In this document: positions 12,436 to 24,929 of the stretch, piece by piece
Position numbering within the stretch: position 1 is the first letter of the stretch
Layout: every line of letters starts with the position of its first letter
DNA from: Octopus sinensis
Lineage: Eukaryota
Reading direction: 5' to 3'
Length of the DNA: 64,000 nucleotides
Assembly (NCBI RefSeq): GCF_006345805.1
Contig: NC_043021.1
Span: forward strand, 12,648,001 to 12,712,000
Notes under the pieces: model-generated
Seen by the model: the letters and a program-made list of their open reading frames with translations, nothing else
Databases searched by the model: none
Told to the model about the DNA's origin: nothing
Made by a program: the position numbers and the translations under genes

Positions 12436-15400
12436 TATATATATAAAATTTTGATTCAGATGAATAAGGTACCTAAGTTGAGGCACCAGAATTTAGTATG
12501 GTATTATCCATACAATTTCAAAATAAGGTGATTAAAACCAAAATAAGCAACAAGGATATCCAGAGGTAATGCAGTACGATCATTTCATGCAACTCCATTT
12601 AAATATTAAAAATTATTTAAAACACAGTCGAAATCTGCTCATTATAAATAACGTCATGGAAGAGCTAATTAACTTTATATTCAAATCATTAAACTTAATT
12701 GTCTAATGAGGTTATTGTATTTTCAAATCTTTAAATACCATTATAATTATTCCACAATCTTCAAAATCATTTGGATGGAAAAAATATAAATTCTGTACGC
12801 GAGGTCAGAACAGTACTGAAAGAGTATTTTTAATCATGGACAAGTGAATTTTGGAAGAGGGGCCTTGTAGGTCTACCAGATAGATAGAAGATCATGTAGA
12901 AAATGAAGGAGAGTATATTTTAGATTAAAAAAGAACTTTATCTTAATTTTGAAAAATAAAAGAAATATAAAAAAAAACACATTATTTATGGGATGGCTCT
13001 ATATATATATACAAAATAAGAAAATGGAGAAATACATCTAAATCATTTATCAACTACCAGATAATACCCAATCACATACTTTATTAAACCACTACATAAG
13101 AACATTAGGGTTAAACATAAAAATATATAACAAAATAGCATACATGAATGAGTAATACAATAGAATAATCATTATAAGAGGATATAAATAAATAAATATA
13201 AATAGATATAAATATAAATATACATTATATCTTACAGCTGTTTCGGCCATGCAGATATATATATATATATATACATATATGAAAATAGTAATGCAATACG
13301 AGAGTAAATATCGGTACGTCGTTGTGCCATTTATTTACTTTTATATATATATATATATATACATACGTGAATATATCATGTATGTAGCAGATTGGGAAAA
13401 ATTTTTTTCTATTGGTTAATATATGCTGAGGTAAGATTTTTATATCAAACCAGAAACTGGTCCACATGTATACCTATACCACTAAATATATAGCTTTATA
13501 TGCTATATAGGTATGTGAGGGATTTTTTCAATCCACTTGCACGAGTATTGTTGATTCTGTTATCACTTTCAGTGTTATTCTATTGGACTCTTTTGCCAAA
13601 CCGCTAAGTTATAGGAAGGTAAAAACACCGATATTGATTGTCAAACACAGACAAAAATACATAGAAGAAGAACAATTACTCAAAGTGTTACACTGTGGGA
13701 CTGAACCCAAAACCATGTGGTTGGAAAGCCAGCTTCTTACCACATGACCACACCTGCATCTATTTAATCATTTTGTTTATTTATTGTATTTTTATTTCAC
13801 AGGTATGGGTGGATGCCGCTGTGCAAATATTCTTTTCCGTAAGTACCAGCATGGGTGGACTGATCACCATGGCCAGCTACAACAAGTTCCACAATAATAC
13901 ATTTAGGTAACCCATCAACTTCGATACCTAATAATCTCACATATGTCCCCTTTCTATCTTACCACAATATATTTATATTACTAAACAAATCAAGATAAGA
14001 AATAATGATAATAATCCTTTCTAATATGGACACAAAGCCTGAAATTTGGTGGAAGGGGACTAGTCGGTTACATTGACCCCAGTGCATAACTGGTATTCAA
14101 TTTATCGACCCTGATAGAATGAAAGGGAAAGTCGACCTTTGTGGAAATTTAAATCAGAACATACAGATGAATGAAATACCACTAAGCATTTTGCTCCACA
14201 TACAAATAATAATAATAATAATAATGATGATAATAATAATAAAAAGATGATCTACAGCAAATATTCTGCCCAGTACCCAGATTTGCTTGTCAGTTGCTTG
14301 ACCATAACCAGTTGAGCACGTCCCTTACAGGCACCTTGTTGGTTATGACAATGAGGGTTCCAATTGATTTGATCAACAGAACAGTCTTCTAGTGAAATTA
14401 AAGTGAAAGTGGCCGAGTGCTCCACAGACATATGTACCTTCAACATAGTTTTCATGGAGATTCAGCATGATACAGAATGTGACAAAGCTGTCCCTTTGAA
14501 ATATAGGTACTACTCACTCCTTTCAGCTGAGTGGACTGGAGCAATGTGAAATAAAATGTCTTGCTCAAGGACACAATGTGTCACCAGGAATTGAACTCAT
14601 GATCTTAGGATCATGAGCTGAATACCCTAACCGCTAAGCCATGCGATGATAAGTGCATCTCTGGTCACAAGCAGCAGCAGTGGTGCAGTATCATAGCCAT
14701 GTGTTGAGAGGAATTCTTTGGGGTTTGAATAATTCACCTTTGGGAACTTAGGTGTTTCATTCAACATCCTTAAACAAACCTTATTCAGGGACCTTTTGAG
14801 TAGGATGGGCTACTTGACCTGAAGAAAATTCTAACTGGGCCCCACCTACAAGGTCATGCACTGTTTATCTTGATATGAGATGACCACGTTACGCACACGT
14901 GCCTGGTGTACCCTTATCAGATGGGTAGTCATGATGGGTATACTGGGCTTCATGTAATTTACCCCAGTGTCACTTTGATGGTATGCACTGCTCTCTCACT
15001 CAATAATAATAATACTAAACTTTGCCAGATCAGATTGAGCCTCATGCAGCCTTCTGGCTCACCAGTCCTCAGTCAAACCATCCAACCCATGCCAGCATGG
15101 CAAGTGGATGTTAAATGACGACGATGATGATGATGACTAATAATAATTGCAATTATTATAATTAATATCGTCATAATCGTCTTCCTCCTCCTCATTATTA
15201 TTATTATAGTTATTCTTAAGGTGGTAATCTGGCAGAACCATGGGTCAAAATGCTTAGTGGCATTTCGTCTGTCTTCACATTCAGAGTTCAAATTTCACTG
15301 ACATTGACTTTGCTCATTGTAAAAATTAATGCTTGTTTTACTATAAGTATCAAAAGAATACACTCGAAGTGATCATGACAAAAATGCAACAGGACTTTCT

Positions 15401-18400
15401 TGCCAACCTTATATATGTAAGCATTTTTATCATGTTACATAAATACTTACACACACTAATGAGTAAACAGGAAGCTAATGCCTTTATGAAATCCCCCTTC
15501 CAACATCAATTAAATCTATTCTATACTTTCAGAGATAGCATATTACTGCCCATCATTAACTGCCTGACCAGTTTCTTAGCTGGGTTTGCCATTTTCTCTG
15601 TGTTGGGGTTTATGTCATACAAGAAAGGTGTACCTCTTGACAAAGTCGTCGAAGATGGTAAGTATTAATTTTCATGGATTCATCATTGGTAACTGAAGCA
15701 AAACAGGAAATTTATCGTTTTCTAATCTAATCGGATTATTTGTCTTTCAAGTGTTCATTATTAACAAGGAAAATGTTCCCATGGAAATTGCATTCAATAT
15801 TGCTTGTTGTCATTGGTAAACACAGAAACTGTAGGAAAAATTAGTGTGTGCAGGTATGTGTATATATATATACATATATATATATATTTATATACACACA
15901 CATGAAGGCGCATGGCTCAGTGGTTAGAGCGTCGAGCTTACGATCGTGAGGTTGTGAGCTCGAATCCCGGACCGGGCTGCGTGTTGTGTTCTTGAGCAAG
16001 ACACTTTATTTCACGTTGCTCCAGTTCACTCAGCTGTAGAAATGAGTTGCGACGTCACTGGTGCCAAGCTGTATCGACCTTTGTCTTTCCCTTGGATAAC
16101 ACTGGTGGCGTGGATAGGGGAGGCTGGTATGCATGGGCGACTGCTGGTCTTCCATAAACAACCTTGCCCGGACTTGTGTCTAGGAGGGTAACTTTCTAGG
16201 TGCAATCCCATGGTCATTCATGACTGAAGGGAGTCTTTACCCTTTTTATACACACACATATATATTTATATATACGCACACACACACACACGTTTGCCAC
16301 CACAACCTCGTTTAGGCTTAGCAGCCCTTCTTGTTTGTTTTCGCTGTCCTGTTTGTGTTACCAATTTTGACCCTCCACAAAATTCCAAACTTTATTTAAT
16401 TTGCTTTGCGGAAGTAACTGTTTTATTGAAAGCGTATATTGTTGTTAAATGCTTGAAATACGAGAGTAGAAAAACAGCCAACAACTGATGAACGGTCGTT
16501 CTTTATGTTATTTCTTTAATTATTATTTAATTTGCTTTGCGGAAGTAACTGTTTTATTGAAAGCGTATATTGTTGTTAAATGCTCGAAATACGAGAGTAG
16601 AAAAACAGCCAACAACTGATGAACGGTCGTTCTTTATGTTATTTCTCTTGGATTCCATTTGTGTCTTTCGTTGTTCGAAAAAATAGTTCATGTTCCATGT
16701 AGTCATACGCAGAATATGAACTATTTTTTCGAACAATGAAAGACACAAATGGAAAGGAGAACAAGTAACATAAAGAACAACCCTTCATCAGTTGTTGGCT
16801 GTTTTTCTACTCTCGTATTTCGAGTGTGTGTGTGTGTGCATGTATATTATATATTAAAACATATACTTATATACACATTGTATGTATGCATGTGTGTGTG
16901 TGTGTATATATATAGATCTGATACATAATATAATATCTAAAACAGGTCCTGGCTTAGCATTTGTGGTTTATCCTGAATGTCTTGGAAAAATGCCCCTTGC
17001 TTCATTATGGTCAGCATTGTTTTTCCTAATGATGTGGTCTTTGGGTGCTAGTAGTTTGGTAAGTAAACTTCTTTCTTCCTTCACTGTACCTGTGTAGTTG
17101 TTGTTGTTGTGATGGTGGAAATTTTTGTTGTTTTTAGTCCCAAGTCAGGCCCAGTCCAGCATATATATGATCAAAGCATTCTATTCTGATCATGTTTCAC
17201 TTTTTTTTGCAGACAGTGAATTACAATTAAGTAATAGATATGCTCTGTCTTATTCATTATAATAATAGGTTAAATAATTAGAAATTTGCTTGCTATTTCT
17301 AGCCAGTTGAGCGTTTGAGAATTTAAAAATCACTTCTTTAACTTTCTAAGACATCTCAATGCTTCTAAAGCAAACTTCACTTGTTTATTTATGTTCACCG
17401 TAATTTGAATTTATTATTATTGAGTGAGAGAGCAGTACATGCAATCAAGGTGATACTGGGGTAAAATATATGAAGCCTAGTATACCCATCATGACTACCC
17501 GTCTGATAAGTGTACGCTACGCACTTGCATGACAACCATGTGCGTGACATGGTGATCTCATATCAAGATAAACAGCACATGACCTCGCAGGTGGGGCCCA
17601 GTTAGAATTTTCTTCAGGTCAATACTGCTCCACTGCTTCTGCTCATGATCAGAGATGCACATATTGGCAGTTACTAAGGGATATGCTCAACTGGTTAAGG
17701 TCAAACAACTGACAAGCAAATCTCTGGTATTGAGCAGAGTATTTGTTGTAACACATCTTCTTTTTCTTCTTATTTATTATTATTATCATTATTATTATTA
17801 TTATTATTACTATTAAGGCAACAAGCTGGCAGAATCATTAGCAAGTCAGGTAAAATGCTTAGCAGCATTTCATTTATTTTTGTGTTCTGAGTTCAAATTC
17901 TGCTGAGGTTGGCTTTGATTTTCTTGCTTTCAGGGTTGATAAAATTGGTATCAGTTGAGCACAGGGGTCAACATAATCAAGTTACACACTCCCTTGAAAT
18001 TGCTGGCCTTGTGTCCAAATTTGAAACCAAACCATTATTTTTATTATGGACATGTAGAATTTTTAGAGTGCCAGAAGAAATGCCTTGTGGTATTTGTTTT
18101 GCCACTTTGTGTTCCGAGTTGAAATCCCAACAGAATCAAAGGTCCATAGAATGCAAAGACCTGCAAAGTAACAATGTTTCAGTGAGGTGCAGATATAGGA
18201 AATGTCAATGCTTGTTTCCCCTTCAAATTGAAAGCCCATGGAACAAAAAGACCAGCCAGATGACAATGCCCCAGCTTTATCTCTCTTCAAATCCTATGAA
18301 AACTGGGTCACCATCGTTAACCAAAATAACTTATGTCAACCAATTAAACCATGCTAAGTTAATAAGATTAATTAGGTTACTTATCTCATCCAGGTTAATT

Positions 18401-18565
18401 AAGTGATCAATTATGTTATCTGGGCAAAACTGTGGTAATTAAAATGATTCAATTGATTTCAGTCAATTAGGTCAACTTAATTGACACAGATTATCTTTGG
18501 TTTGTATATACATACACACACACATACTCAAAGACCATACACACACACACACTCACATGCACACA

Positions 18566-18599
<34 letters not shown>

Positions 18600-19407
18600 T
18601 AACATACAGCTTTCCCTGGGTACCATGTATGAAATTCTTACCAACACCCTTTCTACATATAAAACAGGGCCACTTTCCTGAGAGAATTAAAGCTTTGTCT
18701 GCTTTCCTTCTTACTAGAATTTTGGTCTTTACTAAATTAATTTTTGCATGCATGCATACATACATGCACACATGCATAAGTTTATCATTTAAGTATACAT
18801 GCACTTATCAAGACATGCAACTATATATGCACGGAAATATATACATAAAACAAAACGAGTGGCTGTGTGGTAAGTAGCTTGCTAACCAGCCACACGGTTC
18901 CGGGTTCAGTCCTACTGCGTGGCATCTTGGGCAAGTGTCTTCTGCTATAGCCCCGGGCCGACCAATGCCTTGTGAGTGGATTTGGTAGACGGAAACTGAA
19001 AGAAGCCCATCGTATATATATGTATATATATGTATGTGTTTGTCCTCCTAGCATTGCTTGACAACTGATGCTGGTGTGTTTATGTCCCCGTCACTTAGCG
19101 GTTCGGCAAAAGAGACCGATAGAATAAGTACTGGGCTTACAAAGAATAAGTCCCAGGGTCGATTTGCTCGACTAAAGGCGGTGCTCCAGCATGGCCGCAG
19201 TCAAATGACTGAAACAAGTAAAAAAAAAAAAATACAAATTTGCACATGCACTGACATCAAATACTGTGCACATACACACATACATACAAAAATACTCTGT
19301 TGATGTTGTTGAAACACCAATGAAGAGGCCTTGGATCTTGGTTAGAAACCGGCTCTTTCTCTATTTGCAAGAAATCTTGAAATAAAACTGAATAATGACA
19401 CACACAA

Positions 19408-19442
<35 letters not shown>

Positions 19443-22400
19443 CAGACATATAAGAGAAAGAGGACATCTATGGACCATTGATAAGGAGTTTGCAAATCTG
19501 GTACTCAAGATACACTTTCAGCTTCATACCTGTAATTATTGGAGCAACAGGATGCATACCAACCCGCCTGGAGCAGCAAAGTATAGCTGAACTTGGGATC
19601 CTCAGGATAGAATGCAAATCCTTAATTCTTATGCTACAAATGATCACGTAACCTGGGGCTATAAAAATCTGCAAGATCTTCTTAAGATTTAAAGGATAAT
19701 GCTTAAAACAAGATTCTGGCCTTCACAACTTTGATACCAAGTAGACAATTGGCCAAAATTTACTCAAAATTAGAAAGAGAAAAAGAACATACATACATAC
19801 ACACATACACACACACACACATGGTTGACAAAACTATGCCTTAAATTCTTATGTTCCATTTATTTCCCAGAGAATTTACTGAAATTAATTCTTGAATAAA
19901 TTCTTCAGTTCTCCCTGAGTGAAAATATTTTTACTGGCATCACAGATGACTATGCGAAAACTCTGCTGAAGTTCAGAAACTCGATGATCTTTCGGGTTAC
20001 CATCATTCTGATTTGTTTTTGTTGTGGCCTGATCATGGTGACCAAGGTAAGATGTTTAATAAAACCTGATAATAATAATAATAATAACAACTGCCTGGGT
20101 ACTAAAACAACAAAACAACAACAATAGTGGTAATTGCTGCTGTTGTTTAGCCCTGGGTCAACCTTAATTGAGCAGACTTGTGATCAAAGATATTCCAGCC
20201 TAGTGGTTAGGGTAATGCACTTGCAATTAAACGATTGTGGTTTCAATTTTCACACCGGACAATGCATTGTGTTCTTAAGCAAATAACTTCATTTCACATT
20301 GCTCCAGTTCACTCAGCTGTAAATGTGTGACCCTGTGATATATTTGTAACCTTTTCAGTGGGAACATTGTGATCTTGGTCATTTATATGCCATAAAAACC
20401 AGGTAACTAGCCCTGTGAGTTCTAGAACAGGAATGTCCCAGGGACATCTATCTCTCTTTCTCTCTTTGGTTGTGCTGCTTTTGTGGAATTGCATAACTCT
20501 CTCTCTCATTCATCCAATTCCATTATATTAGAATTTGAATTGGGAGTTTGAGTCATAATGAATCTTTCATTAGCTGATTGCACAACCATGGATGCATTGC
20601 AGTTACTCTCGTGATAGAGCCTTGGTGTTCCTGACCATTGATCAATGTAAGAAGAACTACTGGCTCAGGTGAGCTCTTCTGCTACATCTTCATAATCTGC
20701 CATGCTGCTTCTCATGGATTCCATTATTACAAATTTGAACTGGAATCTTGTGTCATAGTAAGTCTTTCAAATTTTGATGGAAGTTATTAATTTAGATCTC
20801 ATTAGCACTTTTGAAGCCATATTTCTATTGAAGTACACTGCCTGTTTCAATTACGTCTTGAAAATAATGAAGAATTCTGTAAAATAACTTTGTCATCATT
20901 AAGATGTAATTTCAAAACAATTTTAATGAAAGTTCTTAATTAAGATCACTTTTACATTCTTGTTATATTTTCAACTGAATTTGTTTCAATTTTGAAAATA
21001 TTTAAGAATCTAGTGAAATAACTTTGTCTTTATTAAGCTGTTATTTGGAACATAAATTAACAGGAAATTTTGATGGAATGTTTCAATGTAGATCACTTTG
21101 AAATAGAAACTTTGTATCATAGAACCAGAGACCATCTCGGGAGGGATTGTATCAAAAGGCTTAAGAAGGTGGGTTGTTATTTCAGGGATAATTGGCTGCT
21201 ACTTCTAGCAGGTTGAACAATAACTATGTAGAAGTTCATTTGTTGGCTCATGTTTAAATGGTATCAATGATAGATAATACTAACAACAGGCTGATAATTA
21301 TATTAACCCTTTGTCATTTAAACCAGCCACATCCAGCTAAAATATGCTAACTGTTTTATGCTCAAACTGGCCAGATCTGGCCTCTCACACCTATCCTACA
21401 ATGTCATTCTAAAAACTAAGAGTTACCTCGTCAAAATCTCAAAGCTACAAGATAATGCATAATTAATTCAAAGCAATGCGAATAAATAAGCATTACATTT
21501 GACAGAGTAATGTAAATGCTAAAAGGTTAAAGGTAGTAGTAGTGGTGGTGGAGTTTGTGTTAATAGTAGTAGTTGTAGTAGTAGTAGTGGGAGGAGGAGG
21601 AGGAGTCCCTTGATTTTATGTAGTTTTTAACATGTTTTTTTTCTTTTTCTATTTGTGTGTTTGTGTGTGTGTGTTTCTTTTTTTTATTAGTCTGGCTTGT
21701 ATTGGTTGAACTTAATCGACAATTCCGTGGTTGGATTACCATTAATCATCATCGGATTCTTTGAGATTATTTCGTTCCAATGGATTTATGGTAAGTAAGA
21801 GGTTTTTATTTCTTCCTTTTTCTCATGATTTATCAATTCAATAAAGCAGAGCAGGAAAGATGCGAATTGGCAGGGTCAGTAGAGCATCAGACAAAATATT
21901 TAGGACACAGAACAGTATTTGTTACAAACCTCTGTACTGTGAGTTCAAATCCTGCCAAAGTAAACATCACTTTTCATCTTTTCTGAGAGTTAAAACAAAA
22001 CAAAACAAGTACCAATCCAAGGCATAGAATTGACAGGACTATAAGAACGTTGGATTGTATACCTTGTGGTATTTTTCTGGCTCTTTGCATTCTGAGTTCA
22101 AATCCCACCATGGCCTACCTGGCTGATAGACTTCAATCTATCATCCACTTTAATACTCCTATCTGGTACCTTGCATGCTCTTAGTGGTGTCCACACTTGT
22201 TGCAAGCATTCAGGCCAGGTCTTTAATTTGACGATTTCTTTCTCCACCCCCCTCTTTCTCTCCCTCCCTCCCACCTACCAGTCTTGAAAGGCCTGTTACT
22301 GGACATGGGCTACTGATTTGCCGCCTGAACATCTTTTGTTTGTTTGTTCCAGTCACTGGACTGCAACCATGTTGGAGCACCAACTTGAAGGGTTTTAGTC

Positions 22401-23461
22401 AAACAGATCTCCACCCCCCCACCCACGCCACCACCACTTACTTCTTTACAGCTTGGACTTGTTCTGTCTGACTCTTTTGCTGAACTGCCAAGTTACAGGG
22501 ATGTAAACAAACCAACACTGGTATTGTCAAGCAGTGGGTGGGACAAACATCACACACACATACATACATAAATGCATACATACACACACACACGAGGGGT
22601 GTTGGAAACTTCCTGGTTTTGAGTAAAAGAAAATACAGGAGAATCAGTTAATTATGAAATTACAATTTTATTCAAAATATTCCCCTCTCAGCATGCAAGG
22701 TACCAGATTGAAGTATTAAACATGATGTTAGAGTGAAGTCTATCAGCCAGGTAGGCCATGGTGGGATTTGAACTCAGAATGCAAAGAGCCAGAAAAAGGC
22801 CACAAGGTATACAATCCAACTTCCTTCAGTTTTTCTAAGCCCTGTTAAATAACACGGAAGGTTGGGCCTCCAAACAGGTCTTTCATGATACCCTTAATGC
22901 CAGGAACTTTTCAGCACCCCTCATATATATACATACTTACATACATATCATCATCATCATCATTTAGCGTCTGCTTTCCATGCTAGCATGGGTTGGACGG
23001 TTCAACTGGGGTCTAGGAAGCCAGAAGGCTGCATCAGGCCCAGTCTGATTTGGCAGTGTTTCTACGGCTGGATGCCCTTCCTAACGCCAACCACTCCGTG
23101 AGTGTAGTGGGTGCTTTTTACGTGCCACCCACACAGGTGCCAGACGGGGCTGGCAAACAGCCACGGACGGATGGTGCTTTTTACGTGCCACCAGCACGGG
23201 GGCCAGGCGAGGCTGGCAACGGCCATGATCGGATGGTGCTTTTTACGTGCCACCGGCACGGGGGACATATAACTTTAAATACTGGCACTCCAGTTGACCA
23301 GTTGATCTGGTCAACAAAACAGCCTGCTCATGAAATTATTATGCAAGGGGCTGAGCCCCTATATAATAAAAGATGAAAAAATAAAATACTGTTAACACAC
23401 CAGTCATTTATATATTCATGTTTTTCTTTCTATTTTTATTTATATTTTGTCGTTGTTATTA

Positions 23462-23508
<47 letters not shown>

Positions 23509-24890
23509 TAGTCTTATTTTTATTATGTGCTTTCAATGCACTACCAAGCACAGCTCTGTGTGCCGTGGGTATGTGCTGTGGTTTGCTGTGATGCTCTTAT
23601 GGTTACTGTATTGAAAGCATTTTGCATAGGATGTGTGCAGTGTCCAGTAGTGCATTATTATTATTATTATTATTATGGCGGTGAGCTGGCAGAAACGTTA
23701 GCAGGCCGGGCGAAATGCGTAGCCGTATTTTGTCTGCCGCTACGTTCTGAGTTCAAATTCCGCCGAAGTCGACTTTGCCTTTCATCCTTTCGGGATCGAT
23801 AAATTAAGTACCAGTCTTGCACTGGGGTCGATGTCATCAATTTAATCCGTTTGTCTGTCCTTGTTTGTCCCCTCTGTGTTTAGCCCCTTGTGGGTAGTAA
23901 AGAAATAGGTATTTCATCTGTGTTTACGTGTTCCGAATTCAAATTCCGCTGAGGTTGACTTTGCCTTTCAGTCTTTTAGGGGGTCGATGTAATCGACTGG
24001 CTCCCTCCCACAAAATTTCGGGCCTTGTGCAAAGCGAAGAAAAGATTATTATCATTATCATCATCATCATCATCATTATTATTATTATTATTATTATTTT
24101 CTTTTGATTTTTTTTCCCTTCATGTATCAGGCAACGTATCGAATGACATTTCTCTGATGTTAGAGACAAAAGCGTTTATGGTTATGAATCTTTGCTGCAA
24201 ATTTGTCACACCAGTCATTATGTTTGTAAGTCACAGCTTTACTTCCTAGTGTTGTTGTTGTTGTTGTTGTTGATGTTGCTATTGTTGTTTACCCCAGGGT
24301 CATCTAAACAGCTCAATTATCTTACTTCACTCAATAAAGGATGGCTGACTGATTTTTTTTTTATCACTTTGTTATTCCTGTTGTTTGTTTCTTTAACTGG
24401 TTTCAGTCATTGGATAGTGACCATGTTGGGGCATCACCTCGAAAGGTTTACTCCAGTGATTCTCAACCATTTTCTACCTACAGGTAGAAAAAAATAACTG
24501 TTAAAACTGAACTACACTAAGAATAAATACAAAGGTAAAATTACTACCTGCTTTTATAGCAAGTTGATTCAGGTAGTTTATCCCATCCCCCTCCGACCTT
24601 TAATATATGCAATTGAAAAAAAACACATTATTTATGGGATGACCCAATACATACATACATACAGATATACACACACACACACATACATACATACAGACAT
24701 ACATAGACAGACAGACAGACACACACACACATACATACAGACATACACACACACACATACATACAGACAGACATACACACACATACATACAGAGAGACAT
24801 ACACACACATACATACAGAGAGACATACACACACATACATACAGAGAGACATACACACACACATACAGACAGACAGACACACACACACAC

Positions 24891-24929
<39 letters not shown>

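Noticed and set aside
15903-15980. tRNA gene-like sequences (also at the heads of SINE families A and D)
   Set aside because: A/B-box-like heads continue into SINE bodies with no complete cloverleaf; these are SINEs, not tRNA genes.
16480-16690. CTGATGA motifs as hammerhead cores
   Set aside because: No properly placed stem II/GAAA/NUH arrangement; kept only as part of the long hairpin.
17909-18406. 165-aa plus-strand ORF
   Set aside because: Made of decayed SINE pieces; no splice or homology support.
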